Assembly (NCBI RefSeq): GCF_006345805.1
Contig: NC_043007.1
Coordinates: forward strand, 14,942,001-15,006,000
Direction of reading: 5' to 3'
From: Octopus sinensis
Taxonomy: Eukaryota
Length of the DNA stretch: 64,000 bases
The notes under the pieces were generated by a model, which saw only the letters and a program-made list of their open reading frames with translations, did no database searches and was not told where the DNA came from. A program made the position numbers and the translations under genes. How positions within the stretch are numbered: the first letter of the stretch is position 1; the number at the start of each line of letters is the position of its first letter. This document shows, in pieces, positions 49,511 through 63,972 of this stretch.

Positions 49511-50672
49511 CTAAACAGCTTAGACAGAAAGACAAGGAAGTTGCTAACTAGATGTGGATCACTCCACCCAAAAAGTGACACAGACAGACTGTATGTACCA
49601 AGAAAAAGAGGGGGAAGAGGACTTATTGGATGCGAATACAGTATCAGAGCAGAAGAAAACAACATAGCATGGTATGTAAAAAATGCCACAGAACTGCTAT
49701 TATTAGAAGTAAGAAGGTCAGGCTTCTGTAGGATGAAACATTGCAAAGCTAAAGCACTATACAAGAAATTGAAAACGAATGAAACTGAAAATAGGTGGAT
49801 AAAGAAAAGAATGCACGGTCAATTTCATTGAGATGTTGAAGATGAGACAGACAGAGAAAAAAAGATGGCTGCGGATGACTAAAAGTGATTTAAAACCGGA
49901 AACGGAGGCTCTAATCTGTGCTGCCTAAGAGCAAGCACTAAGAACCAACTACATAAAATATAGAATAGACAACACAGCAGAAAATGCTAAGTGCAGAAAA
50001 TCTGTGGATAAAAAGGGTGAAACTGTATGGCATATTACCAGCCAATGTACGTCACTAGCCCAGAAGGAATATAAGAGACGCCACGACAATACAGCCAGGC
50101 TTGTCCATTGGACACTTTGCAACAAGTATGGACTTGACTGAGCAAAAATTTCGTACGACCACAAACCTGAAGACATCGTCGAAAATGGAAATGCAAAGAT
50201 CCTATGGGATTTTATGATTCAGTTCGACCATGAGATAAAGTATAGGAAGCCGGACATAGTCTTAATTGAGAAAGAAAACAAACTATGCTGGATCATAGAT
50301 ATATATAGCATGCCCATCTGACAACAAAGTATGCGATAAGGAAGAAAGAAAAGTCGAGAGATATGACAGGTTAGCTTGGGCAGTTAAGCAGTTGTGGTCG
50401 ATGAAAAAGGTAGCAGTAGCACCAATAATTGTCGGAGCCCTGGGAACAGTGAGCAAAAATCTCGAGAAGTATACGGAACAAATACGGGCTGCAATAAGGG
50501 TGAAGCACTTGCAGAAAACAGCACTGCTTGGAACCGTTCGAATACTCTAGAAGGTGCTCGAAAAATAAGAGGTGTTACCTTAGTTCACTGGTAGTGAACA
50601 GCTGACACTGTAGTACATCTCCAGCTTTAGAAGCTGTGCAATGGCAATAAAATAATAATAATGATAATGATT
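49511..50672 (+). mobile_element. R4/Dong-clade LINE 3' fragment with (TAA)n-like tail
   Basis: LHPKSDTDRLYVPRKRGGRGL; ETEALICAA; CCHC knuckle; KPDIVLIEKE; IIVGALGTV; LQKTALLGT. Confidence 0.88.
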
Positions 50673-50782
50673 AGCGTATTGTATATACTGCTCAGGTGCA
50701 CTGATACCTCGTCAGAAAAAGGGTTAAAAAACGGAGGGAAAGCAAGAATAAATCAGGAAAGCATCGCAGATATTTGGCTTAC

Positions 50783-50960
50783 CTTCGAAGGAAATACGCT
50801 GCTCGCCTAATATAGTAAACGTCTGAGTTTCTTCGTGAAAGATAAAGAAGTAATGAATAGCCTAACCCAGCAACAGGTTTTAGTTTGTTATCCAGAATGT
50901 TTACTAGCAGAATAATCAGGAGTAGCGGCAGTATTTAGAAGAGCAGGATTATAATACGTG
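50783..50960 (-). other. Candidate non-coding 5' UTR exon of PGGHG
   Basis: Unique-looking sequence with no obvious ATG, ending in strong donor GAAG|GTAAGC; coding exon 1 starts at an acceptor, so an upstream exon is implied, but its identity is a guess. Confidence 0.25.
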
Positions 50961-51249
50961 GTGGTGGTGGTGGTGGTGGTGGTGGTGGTGGGAGATAGAT
51001 GAATTTACTATCTGTGCAATAACGAACCTGGCGGTGACGATGGCGGTGGCAATTGCGGTGTGGTGATGGTGGTGGTGGTGGTGGTGCCTGAACGTGGTCT
51101 CTCGGTCTGCTTGAAATAACAGCTAAATTTCATGCATGTTTCATCATCACAACGGAGGGATTGTATTTCGCAAGTGTCTTCTACTATAACCTCGGGCTGA
51201 TCGAAGCCTTGTTAGTGGATTTGATAGACGGAAACTGAAAGACGCCTGT

Positions 51250-51319
<70 letters not shown>

Positions 51320-52099
51320 ATGTGATATATATATATATAACTTAGCGGTTCGACAAAGGAGACCAATAGAATAAGTCTAGCAGTCGATTTCTCCGACTAA
51401 AAACCGGTGCTCCACCATGGCCACAGTCAAATGACTGAAACAAGTAAAAGAAAAGAATATACATACATACATACATACATACATGCATACACATATACAT
51501 ATATATGCATACTGTATGTACACACAAACATAAACACACACACACGCACACACACACACATATATATATACACACGGGGGTGGGGTGCGTGTGTGTGTCT
51601 GTCTGTTCACCAACATCGCTTGATAACCGGTGGAGAATGGAGTGGTCATGACTGGAATGCCTTCGATCGTAGGCTGAACCTCAACGAGATGCACGTGCAT
51701 TTCGGTTTCCATGACAATTGCTTGCGACTGCCACCCACGACATTCAATGCAGCTGCGTTTTGGTGTTTCGTTTCAATGAGAGTTGAAAGGTTATCTGCAA
51801 ATTGGGTCTCAGCCACAAACTAGCATGCCTTGGAATATCTACACTTACATCTCCGGCGCAGGAGTGGCTGTGCGGTAAGTGGCTTGCTTACCAACCATAT
51901 GGTCCTGGGTTCAACCCCACTGCGTGGTACCTTGGTCAAGTGTCTTCTACTACTTCACTCTCATTATTGTTACATGCTATTAGATCGATTTGGGTGATCT
52001 ACCAATTAAATATTGCAGTGACATGCTATTTGTATACAATATTTGATTTAATTTTTTGTTTCACTGTTGTAGTTTGGGTGCTAGCCTTCAAGAGAAGAC

Positions 52100-52585
52100 C
52101 CTCCATCAGGCATTTGCCATATCCTGAACGCCTTACTTCCCTGGGCATGGATACATTGAAACTCCGACGTCTGGCAGCTGACTTGACAGACACCCGCAAA
52201 ATTATTAACCATTTTACTAACAATAACTCTGAGCACCTTTTCAAACTCCACCTGTCTAACACCCGTGGACATATTTACAAAGTCAGAAAACATCACAGCT
52301 CCCGTGACTTTCGGATACACTTTTTCACGCTAAGAGTTGCTGAAGCATGGAACAAACTGTTGTTAGTTGTCGGAGCACTGCATCCTTCAAAACTTCAATG
52401 CTTCCTGAGATTCGCCAACACTACACCTGATTTTCTCCCCTCCATACACACGCAAGCATGTATCTGACTCATACACTGTTCACTTTCCAGACATTTGTAC
52501 ATTACTGCATATGCTTTATAAGCTCTTTTGACAAGTTGTGGTGCACCTGAGCACTGTATACAATAATATTCATTATTATTATTAT
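52100..52585 (+). mobile_element. L2/CR1-like LINE 3' fragment
   Basis: YPERLTSLGMDTLKLRRL...TRGH...FFTLRVAEAWNKL; (ATT)n tail; sister copies at 53605-54495 (Helitron-split) and 57190-57547. Confidence 0.8.
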
Positions 52586-52981
52586 TATAAATAGTCTAGT
52601 ATCTAAAATGCATTTACGTTAGTGCAACCGTTGGCATTTTTGATTTTTCATAATCAGTTAGACCGGGTTGAAAGTATGCCTGTAGCATTGTAATCTTCTC
52701 CAGATAACCCCATTAAACTGGCATTCACAGGTCTGCTCCGGAATCTTGTGGTTGGGAAACACTCTTTTTACCACACAGCCACTCTTGCGCCGATAATATT
52801 TTTATTTACTTATTTATTTATTTATTTATTTATTTCGTTTACTCGGTTAGGCCCGAGGCTGTAGTAGAAGATACTTGCCCATGGTGTCACGCAGTGGGAC
52901 TGAACCCGGAACTATGTGGTTGGCAAGCAAGTTTCTTACCGCACAGCCGCCCCCTGAGCCTATTTTAACTTAACAAATATC

Positions 52982-53198
52982 TTTACTCTCTTTTACTCTT
53001 TTACTTCTTTCAGTCATTTGACTGCGGCCATGCTGGAACACCGCCTTTAGTCGAGCAGATCGGCCCCAGGACTTATTCTTTGTAAGCCTAGCACTTATTC
53101 TATCGGTCTGTTTTGCCGAACCGCTAAGTTATTGGGACATAAACACACCAGCATCGGTTGTCAAGCGATGTTGGGGGGGGGTAGGGTGACAAACACAG

Positions 53199-53270
<72 letters not shown>

Positions 53271-53430
53271 TATTTACATACGACGGGCTTTTTTCAGTTT
53301 CCGTCTACCAAATTCACTCACAAGGCTTTGGTCTGCCTGAGGCTATAGTAGAAGACACTTGCCCAAGATGCCGCGCAGTGGGACCGAACCCGGAACCATG
53401 TGGTTGGTAAACACACAGCCACTCCTGCGC
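52982..53430 (-). mobile_element. SINE family A
   Basis: Reverse complement of family A. Confidence 0.85.
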
Positions 53431-53713
53431 GCTTAGATTTCATATATATTTGTTTTAAACCTTTGATTCTTAACAAATGCGCTAGCTTCAGGGTTCGATG
53501 TAAACACAGACAAATTTCCAAGGAGAGGCACGGAGGGTCCTGGCATTTAGAGATGCCTTGATGTTTCGAGGAAATATAATTGCCATATTCTGGTAAATAT
53601 ATTTTGCCATATTCTGAACGCCTTACTTCTCTGGGCACGGATACTTTGAAACTCGGACGTCTGGCAGCTGACTTGACAGACACCCGCAAAATTATTAACC
53701 ATCTTATTAACAA

Positions 53714-54112
53714 CTAGCAGTATCGCCCGGCGTTGCTCGGGTTTGTAAGGGAAATAACTATATAAGCATTTTTAGAGATTTAAAGTATAATAGCCATCTC
53801 AATATGGTTAACCACAAAGGAGGGGGGGTGTTACTTTAGCTTTTTACGTTCTGAGATTTAATAATAAATTTTTAGAGAGTTACTTCACTTATATATGCCA
53901 AAAATGCATTAAAAATGGGAAAAATTGATGGCAATTTTTTTTTTAAATCGTAGACTCATCGTAGACGCGCGCTAATACACAGAAGGGCTCGATATGAATC
54001 ACGACTATAAGATACCTGGTTTTGGTTAAATTGCACCGCAAAATGTGGGAGTAGTTAGGAATCTAAATCGTAGGAAACAGACAGCACACAACCTCACTTT
54101 TATATATAAAGA
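53714..54112 (-). mobile_element. Non-autonomous Helitron inserted into an L2-like fragment
   Basis: Splits CAA|TAAC; the empty site is visible at ~52220; no TSD. Confidence 0.9.
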
Positions 54113-54644
54113 TAACTCTGAGCACCTTTTCAAACTCCACCTGTCTAACACCCGTGGACATATTTACAAAGTAAGAAAACATCACAGCTCCCATGACTTT
54201 CAGAAACATTTTTTCACACTAAGAGTTGCTGAAGCATTGAACAAACTGCTGGCATCAGTTGTTAGTTGTCGGAGCACTGCATCTTTCAAAACTTCAATGC
54301 TTCCTGAGATTCGCCAACACTACACCTGATTTTCTCCCCTCCATACACACGCAAGCATGTATCTGACTCATACACTGTTCACTTTTCAGACATTTGTACA
54401 TTACTGCATATGCTTTATACGCACTTTTGACAAGTTGTGGTGCACCTGAGCACTGTATACAATAATTTCATTATTATTATTATTATTATTATAATATTGA
54501 AAACAGAAATGAAATTCATAGTTTAAACACAAAAAATAGAAAAATCCTTATCGTCATTTGTTGTTTACCAAAGTTCAACATAATTTCATTATTTCAGTAC
54601 TCGCCTTGTTAAATAATAATTTCAATGAAAATTGGAAAGAGTGA

Positions 54645-55006
54645 GCGAGAGAGAGAGAGAGAGAGAGGGGGATAATAAAAAAGAATGAGGAAGAGAGAGA
54701 GTGAGAGAGAGATAGGGTGAGGGAGAGAGATTAAGAGAGATAGAGTGAAGGAGAGAAAGAGTGAGATAGAAGAGAGAGAGAGAGAGAGAGAGAGGGAGGG
54801 GAAACAGAAAGAGAGAAAGAGACAGTGAGGAGGAGAGAGTGGGAGAGAGGATGAGGAAGAGAGAGTGGGAGAGAGGGTGAGAGAGATAGTAAGAAAGGAT
54901 GAGGAAGAGAGAGAGAGTGAGAGAGATAGGGTAAAGGAGAGAGATATATATAGTGAGAGAGAAAGAGTGAGAGAGAGAGTGTGAGAGAGATAGAGTGAGA
55001 GAGGAG

Positions 55007-55037
<31 letters not shown>

Positions 55038-55038
55038 C
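54645..55038. repeat. GA-rich polypurine tract
   Basis: Direct reading. Confidence 0.9.
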
Positions 55039-55134
55039 TGAGTCCATGCAATAGCGAAAAATAGTGGTGCCTGTTAGTTGGGATAGTTAATAAGAAAATA
55101 TTAATATAAACCCCCAAATACACACACACCACAC

Positions 55135-55178
<44 letters not shown>

Positions 55179-55765
55179 CACAAAATCCAGCTTCTTTTTT
55201 GATTAAAGTGTGTTTTTCTTTTGCAAAACATGGCGGTGTTGGTGGGAGCAGACATGTTGTTTTATACGACCCGATTCGTTGAATGAGGCTGAGAGACAAA
55301 CAAAAGTCGGAAGGTCACTTTTAACACTAATATTGTTCTGTTCGCTTTTTTTTTGTTCTGTTTTGTTTATATCTTCTGCATATTCAGATATCTCAGTATT
55401 GCGCTGGTAGAATCGTTAGCGCGCCGGACAAAGTGCTTCGCGGTTTTTCGGCCACCAACACGTTCGAATCCCACCAAGCCTTGTGCTTATTGTAGAAAGC
55501 AATAATTACTCATTTCTCGCTTTCAGTAATTTTGACTGCGGCCATGCTGGAGCACCGCCACCAGTCGAAGAAATCGACCCCTCACTGGACTCATTCTCTG
55601 TAAGCCCGGTACTTATTCCATCGGTCTTTTTTGCCGAACCGTTAAATTACGGGGACGTAAACGCACCAAGATCGGTTGTCAAGTGATGATGGAGGGACAA
55701 ACAGACAGAAACACACAATTATATATATATATATATACACACACATGTATACATATATATATATA

Positions 55766-56132
55766 TCTCTATATATAAACGGCAGTTTGTCTGTGTGTGT
55801 TTCTGTGTGTCTGTTAGCTTGTACCCTCACCCTGACCACGGCTTTCAACCGATTCTGATGAAACTTGACACCACAACATAGCCCAATGTCATAATTCAAA
55901 ACTAACGCAGCGAAAATTTTGAAAGTTCCCCCAGTTCTGAAAAAAATCGATAAATTCGACATGGGGTCGAGAATCAGAAACACAAACCACAGACTGTCTA
56001 GGGACGCAACTCGACCTTTTTAACTAAAACAAATTTTACCATCATTTTTTTCCCATTTTTTGGCTATAACTCTTAAAAATGCTTTATAGTTATTTCCCTT
56101 ACAAACCCGAGCAACGCCGGGCGATACTGCTA

Positions 56133-56133
<1 letters not shown>
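55766..56133 (+). mobile_element. Non-autonomous Helitron (different 5' half, same 3' end)
   Basis: A|TCTCTATATATAAA...CCCGAGCAACGCCGGGCGATACTGCTAG|T. Confidence 0.8.
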
Positions 56134-56174
<41 letters not shown>

Positions 56175-56487
56175 CATATATACATATAAATAAATGCGTC
56201 CCTTTTAAAGCCTAGCCAGGCTCATGGGCCCGGTTTCCTGGTTTCCATGGCGTATGTGTTCCCCCGCCGGACGGGGCGCCAGTCCATCGCAGCGTTACTC
56301 ATTTTTGCCAGCTGAGTGGACAAGAGCAACGTGAAATGAAGTGTTTTGTAAGTTTGCTTCCCAACAATATGGTTCTGGGTTCGGTCCCACTGAAAAGACA
56401 CCTTCAGCAAGTGCCTATTACTATAGCCTCGAGCCGACCAAATCCTTCTGAGTGGATTTGGTAGACGGAACCTGAAAGAAGCCAGTT

Positions 56488-56653
<166 letters not shown>

Positions 56654-57189
56654 GTGGAGGCACATGGCCTAGTGGTTAGAGCAGCAGACTCGCGGTCGAG
56701 GAATCGCGGGTTCGAATCTCAGACCGAGCGATGTGTGTGTTTATAAGCCAAACACCTAAGCTCCACGCGGCTCCGGCTGAAGGTAATGGCGAACTTCTGT
56801 TGACTCTTTCTCCACAACTTTCTCTCACTCTTTCCTCCTGCATCTTGCAACTCACCTGCGACGGACTGGCGTCCCGTCCAAGTGGGGAACCTATACGCCA
56901 AGGAAACCGGGAAACCGGCCCTTTGAGCCAGGCGTGGGTTAAGAAGGAACAAACAATCTATCTAATATGTAAATGTAAGATCCAAGGATCCAAGTGTGGG
57001 AAGTTAATAAGTTTCGAACAGCCTGTAGAAGGCATAAAAGCACAACTTGCTGGAATAATAACAATTTATTGACGTAGAAGGTTGTAAATATTCCCCGTAT
57101 CGAAGTTCGATTAGCTTAAAAAAGTTATTTTATAGTTCGTGGTGCACCTGTGCACTGTATACAGTAATTTCATTATTATTATTATTTAA

Positions 57190-57765
57190 AAACTCCACCT
57201 GTCTAACACCCGTGGACATGTTTACAAAGTCAGAAAACATCACAGCTCCCGTGACTTTCGGATACACTTTTTCACGCTAAGAGTTGCTGAAGCATGGGAA
57301 CAGACTGCCGGCATCAGTTGTTAGTTGTCGGAGCACTGCATCCTTCAAAACTTCCATGCTTCCTGAGATTCGCCAACACTACACCTGATTTTCTCCCCTC
57401 CATACACACGCAAGCATGTATCTGACTCATACACTGTTCACTTTCCAGACATTTGTACATTACTGCATATGCTTTATAAGCTCTTTTGACAAGTTGTGGT
57501 GCACCTGAGCACTGTATACAATAATATTCATTATTATTATTATTATAATAGTCTAGTATCTAAAATGCATTTACGTTAGTGCAACCGTTGGCATTTTTGA
57601 TTTTTCATAATCAGTTAGACCGGGTTGAAAGTATGCCTGTAGTATTGTAATCTTTCCAGATAACCCCATTAAACTGGCATTCACAGGTCTGCTCCGGAAT
57701 CTTGTGGTTGGGAAACACTCTTTTTACCACACAGCCACTCTTGCGCCGATAATATTTTTATTTAC

Positions 57766-57804
<39 letters not shown>

Positions 57805-57833
57805 TTTTCGTTTACTCGGTTAGGCCCGAGGCT
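57190..57833 (+). repeat. Near-identical direct duplicate of 52243-52860, ending at the gap
   Basis: Identity continues ~300 bp beyond the LINE tail up to the Ns. Confidence 0.9.
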
Positions 57834-57933
57834 NNNNNNNNNNNNNNNNNNNNNNNNNNNNNNNNNNNNNNNNNNNNNNNNNNNNNNNNNNNNNNNNNNN
57901 NNNNNNNNNNNNNNNNNNNNNNNNNNNNNNNNN
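57834..57933. other. Assembly gap (100 N)
   Basis: Run of n. Confidence 1.
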
Positions 57934-58233
57934 CCGAAAGATGAAAGGCAAAGTCAACTCGGCAGCATTTGAACTCAGAATTGCCGCAGACGAAATACCA
58001 TTTCTTTACTACCCACAAGGGGCTAAACACAGAGAGAGAACAAAAAAAGGACAGACAAACGGGATTAAGTCGGTTATATCAACCCAGTGCGTAACTGGTA
58101 CCTATTTAATTGACCCCAAAAGGATGAAAGGCAAAGTGACCTCGGTGGAATTTGAACTCAGAATGTAGCAGCGGACAAAATACCGCTAAGCATTTCGCCC
58201 GGCGTGCTAACGTTTCTGCCAGCTCACCGCCTT
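57934..58233 (-). mobile_element. SINE family B dimer abutting the gap
   Basis: Junction GCAGACGAAATAC|CATTTCTTTACTACCC. Confidence 0.75.
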
Positions 58234-58584
58234 TCAGTAGTATTATTGAAAACTTATAGCGTATAAGTACTAATATATTACGGATCAGTGTTGCTTTTGG
58301 AAATGAATATTCAATAGTTTGTTCAGCTGTATCATATACTCGTGAACATGGTGTGGAAGTGACGTGAACTGTTAACATTATTCTCACGTGGATCAAACGT
58401 GAAACTCAATGACAGGGTCATGCCCTAGAACTGCAGCTATGAGTGCATACGTGTGTGTGTGTGTATGTGTGGCTGCGTGTGTGTGGCTGTGTGTGAGTAT
58501 GTGTGTGAGTGTATGCTTATGAATATATATATAACTTTTTACATACGCCTAAGTGCTCGTGGCTGAGAAAAAGAAGAAAATTGC

Positions 58585-58625
58585 TATACTAATGGCGGAT
58601 ATTGTGGTAGAAAGACGTGTATATC
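58585..58625 (+). ncRNA. Degenerate hammerhead motif (H8)
   Basis: TATA-CTAATGG-...TGGTA-GAAAG-ACGT-GTA-TATC; recognisable mainly by comparison with H9. Confidence 0.4.
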
Positions 58626-58991
58626 ACTGACTTATTGCTTTAAGACAATCAGACTGTCTTTTCTTCAATTACATGTCAATTTTGGAAAATGACTGACACT
58701 TCAGATTATCTCTTCTCATTTAGAGCTGGAACTAATAGCTACCAAACGATTAGTTTACCTACTCCAAAAGGGGGACAGTTTCAATAACCCCCAAAATTAT
58801 TTTGTATGTTATGTAATTTGCTTATAATCGATTTTGCAGTTCAAATAGATGCCACTGGCAATTCGGAGTTATTTCTCTTAGCTTATTTTCTTTTCATATA
58901 TGCAAATTACCTCGGCCATGTGTTCTACTCTTGTTTTATATTTGTTTAAATGTCTCAGCTGTTAAACATACGTTCCGGAAAGTACTTTATT

Positions 58992-59029
58992 GATACTGAT
59001 GACATCTATTGAGGTAGAAACACGTGATC
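58992..59029 (+). ncRNA. Degenerate hammerhead motif (H9)
   Basis: GATA-CTGATGA-C-ATCT-ATTG-AGGT-A-GAAAC-ACGT-G(--)ATC; cleavage triplet damaged. Confidence 0.5.
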
Positions 59030-59205
59030 TTCTTGTCTTCAGACAATCAGACTGTACATGAATATGAAGAATGTCGCTCTTTCGCATTTGGAGTTGGTGC
59101 CAATTGATATCAGACGACCTACTCTCTTTAGAGGCGGAAATAATTTTAATAAATCAATAATTTATCTCATAAGTTATTTTAATATACGTACAGTCATTTT
59201 TGTTA

Positions 59206-59251
<46 letters not shown>

Positions 59252-59290
59252 ATATATATATATCACCTCGGATCTTCTTTCTTCTCCTAT

Positions 59291-59324
59291 GTTTCGACGA
59301 AGAGCTCCGCTCGAAACGTCATAC
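59291..59324 (+). ncRNA. Minimal hammerhead, same family as H4, U4 deleted (H10)
   Basis: GTTT-C(-)GACGA-A-GAGC-TCC-GCTC-GAAAC-GTC-ATAC. Confidence 0.7.
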
Positions 59325-59412
59325 CCTCCTTCCCTTTTTTCCTGAGCGCCTAATAATACTTTATTGTTCCACTCTTTGCGTTTGTTGTCTTTTTTGTTTT
59401 CTTGTTGGATTA

Positions 59413-59449
<37 letters not shown>

Positions 59450-59559
59450 GGATATATATGAATACATACACACACACACTCTTTATTATTAAAGCCGCAA
59501 AAACATCAAAGAAACTGCTACTCAGAGTTTCACATACCCGTTCGTCAGACAGTTATGAT

Positions 59560-59760
59560 TCAGGATGGAACAAGAAATACTCTCTGGAGAGAGCAGCACC
59601 AGATAAACATGAAACGTATAGAAGTTCAATGAGGTGCAATTTGTGTCTAACTGAAAAATTCTTCATCCTTTTCCACGATAAATACGCTCTGAACTAAAAG
59701 GTTGGAGCTCTTAAATTTCTGTAGATAATCCACGGAGTATGAAATGTCGAGCGAAAAAAT
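59560..59760 (+). mobile_element. Penelope-like endonuclease C-terminal fragment
   Basis: RCNLCLTEKFFILFHDKYALN; hammerhead H10 lies ~250 bp upstream. Confidence 0.7.
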
Positions 59761-60421
59761 ACCATACGGGTAACATTGACTTTCGCATTGGAATTCGACT
59801 TAGAACCGGCACCACTTTGTACAACATTTGTTTTACATTTTTGCCTTTCAAGTAAAACTTCGACTGGAAACGAACTATATATTTTATTTTTATTATATAT
59901 ATATAATTTTATTTTTATTATATATATTATTATATTATATACATATAATTATTTTATTTTTATTACATATATTATTATATTATATACATATATATTATTT
60001 TATTTTTATCATATATATTATCATATTATATACATATATATTATTTTATTTTTATTACATATATTATTTATATATATTTTAATTTTTATTTTCATTATTT
60101 TATTTTTATTATTTTTACTGTCATTATTTTTATTTTCATTATTTTATTGTAACTTTTACTTTTAAATACACCTTTTAATAATCATATGAAAGTTTTTTCT
60201 TACATCGTAATTTAGCCCATAGAACCTTTCACGTTGATTTTTTAATGTACACATAAAAAAGGGCAGCCATCATTGCCCAAAATGTGTTGTATAGATACTG
60301 AACACCCGAATGAATTTTTTAACCATTTTTTTTTAGTTATTATTTTTGAATTTTTTGTTATTTTATTTTATTATTATTATTTTTATTATTATTGCTTAAT
60401 TATTTTACTATATTCGTTTTA

Positions 60422-60500
<79 letters not shown>

Positions 60501-60581
60501 GTTGTTAATAAGACAGGAATGCTGACAGAATCTTAGGGGGCTGGACAAAACGTTTAGTAATATTTCAAAATCTCTCGTGGA

Positions 60582-60890
60582 GGCGCCATCCAACTAAAAT
60601 GCAAATATATGGGAAACTACCACCTGTGTCATCTCTTGTGAAGGGTAGGAGAGTCCAGTTTGCTGGACATTGTTGTAGAGCTGAAAAAGAAGTAATTTCT
60701 ACTCTTCTCCTCTGGAAGCCATCTACTCGCAACACCAGAGGGCGCACACTCTCCTACCCTGATGTAATCTCCAGGGATACAGGCATCCAGCAACAGGACC
60801 TCCGTAATGCTATGATGGACCGTGAAGTCTGGCGCAACATGGTAAATTCCATTGTCTCGACCACGGTCGAACAATGATGATGATGATGAA
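60582..60890 (+). mobile_element. RTE-type LINE 3' fragment, copy 2
   Basis: Near-identical to 15232-15535, same 5' start. Confidence 0.75.
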
Positions 60891-61215
60891 TATTTCGCCA
60901 GTACCTAAGTTCAGATTTAAATTTCACTGAAATTGGCTTTTGACTTAATTTCATAAAAAAATTCTCATATACAAATTTATATTACATAAAATATTTGTTT
61001 TTAGTATTTTAGATTTAATTTTATGATTGATTTAAAAAATTTAATATACACCTCTGAAATTGCTTTTCCTTATTCCTTCGTTCAACAATATTTTTATAGT
61101 CAACACACCAGACTTGCAGTTGTGAATATATACGTATTATATACGTGTATCGTATACGTGTATAATGTATGTATGTATGGGTATATATCTATGTAGATAT
61201 ATACTATATATGTAT

Positions 61216-61259
<44 letters not shown>

Positions 61260-61362
61260 GCGTGTGTAAATGTGTGTATTATATATATATATGTGTGTGT
61301 GTATGCATGTATAAATGTCTGTATTAATATAAGTTATAGATATAATATATATATATTATATA

Positions 61363-61393
<31 letters not shown>

Positions 61394-61416
61394 TATGTAT
61401 GCATATATATATTTGC

Positions 61417-61448
<32 letters not shown>

Positions 61449-63320
61449 GCATATATATTCATATATATATGTATATATATGCATATATATATTCATATAT
61501 ATATGTATATATATGCATATATATACATACATATATATATATGTATGTATATATATATATGTGTGTGTGCGTGTGTGTGTGTGTCTGTGCGCGCACACAC
61601 ACACATATATATAATAAAAGATTACAGGTAGTTGTCACTGACATCCAAACATTTATAAACAGGTATACTAACTTCAGCATAATTAATTTATAAATGATAT
61701 AATGCTATTAACAACTAGCCGTTCATCCTTTATTTTTTTTAAACTCTCATTAGTTCGACCACTGCATTTCCTGTAGCCAACTCCTGTTTACCTGGATTCC
61801 GTCTCTCATCGTATTTGATCTAGTCTGAACACTAATCTACCTGTATCTATTATACGGCTATAATAGTTTTGTAGAATAGCGCCTGGCGAAATGGAGTGGT
61901 TACATAACCATGCAAAATTACGTAATGCCATCAGTTATGTAATGGACTTCATATTCGGAAACAAACCATGTTATTGAAACACGTGTAGTGTTGTTTTGAA
62001 TCACCCATTCGTTTTTGTTTACTAAATGATACACCGCATAATATGTACCAATTATATACCTTTGCTACATATATAGATTTGTAGGGCACCGAGAACAAGC
62101 AGGCAACAGTTTAAGTCTGTATGGACAGATTTATTAACCAGCCGAATTATCTGCGATACTTTCGAAGTAACGTGTTTAGCCACAGTTACGCGGAAATGCT
62201 TCTACCTTAATTTGTCAAGATATATTTAGTACCCTCTGTATATATGTATGTATATATATATAAGTATGTATGTACATATATGTATGTAGATTTATATATA
62301 TATATATATATATATCTATATATATATATACATCATACATATATATATATATATAATAATATATATATATATATATAATATATAAAGACTTGTTTTATTT
62401 ATATTCCTGAGCGCCATACTAATACAATTGTTTGTTTGTATTCCACCTGCCTTCGTCTTTTGTTTATTTTCATAAAGCTTCCCGTTATATATATATATAT
62501 ATATATATATACATTATATATAAGGGCTTAGTAAAATAAATTACTTTGCCACATACTGAACTCATTAGAAATAGCAGCTAAAGAAATTTCTTTAGCTAAT
62601 TTAATTAATTTTACCCTCAATTGTTGAAATTATATATATATATGTAAAACATTGACCCAAGAATTCTGGAGTCGGAGTCGTGGAGTGATCTTTTCAATCA
62701 AATCGGTTTGTTATTAAGGTGAACTCTTTTACTCTTTTCTACCTGCTTACGCAGCTACCGAGCAAATTACCAATCTATTCAAACAAAAAAATTGAACTGA
62801 GAGAAATAACTCGTGTCCAGTGGCTTGTATTTGAAGAAGATAAATGAATACAGATATATTAAATGCCATACAACATAAATTCATGATTTATCAAAATTAT
62901 TCTCGCCTCTAGAGGCTGTGTCATATTTACCATACGAGAAGGGGAGATAATCTTAAAAGTCAAGAATTTCTTCAAAATGTACGACATTAAGGACAGGGTC
63001 AAGCTTATTGTCTGTTTGTTAGAGTACAGTCGTGATAACATGTTTCTAGTTCAATAGCGCCCTGGTATATCTTCAGGTCTATCTATTTACCAGACACTAA
63101 ATGTGTAACAATCGCTTGATTTCACTCACTTTTATCTTATCAATCCTTACTGTGAAGTTGACAATCTACATTATATGAAAAGATGTGCTTTACTACAAAA
63201 TGTATTGATTGTGTATGCCAGTATATATGTATGTATGTATGTGTGTACATATGAAGATAAGTATATAAGTATGGAGATAAGGATGTAAGCATATGTATAT
63301 ATATATATATATATATTATA

Positions 63321-63373
<53 letters not shown>

Positions 63374-63854
63374 ATATAAGTATGTGTGGTGTGTGGTGTT
63401 TGTATGCTTATAATTACGTATTTGTTTCTGTGTTTCTACGTTACAAGGCCTACATATTTTATATATACATACATTTATATATATGTATATATATATATAT
63501 ATAATAATATATATATATATATAATATATATAATTATATATTATATATATATATATATGCACACACACACATATATGTATATATATATCTATATAAATAT
63601 ATATATATATATCTGTATCTGTGCACATGTAGGTAGTTTCTATACTTTAGATAACCTAAAGCAAAATGTTCACATTTTTAGTCTAAACACAGATACACAC
63701 CCACACACACACAACCACACACTCCTCGACACACAAACGCACTCGTCGCTCGTTTCACACGTTGTTCCTAGCCTTCTTCTGTTTTTTTTTATTAGTAACA
63801 TTAAATGGACCGATGTGAGAATGTGATTGTGAACCGAGATGTATTTATTTAATG

Positions 63855-63972
<118 letters not shown>

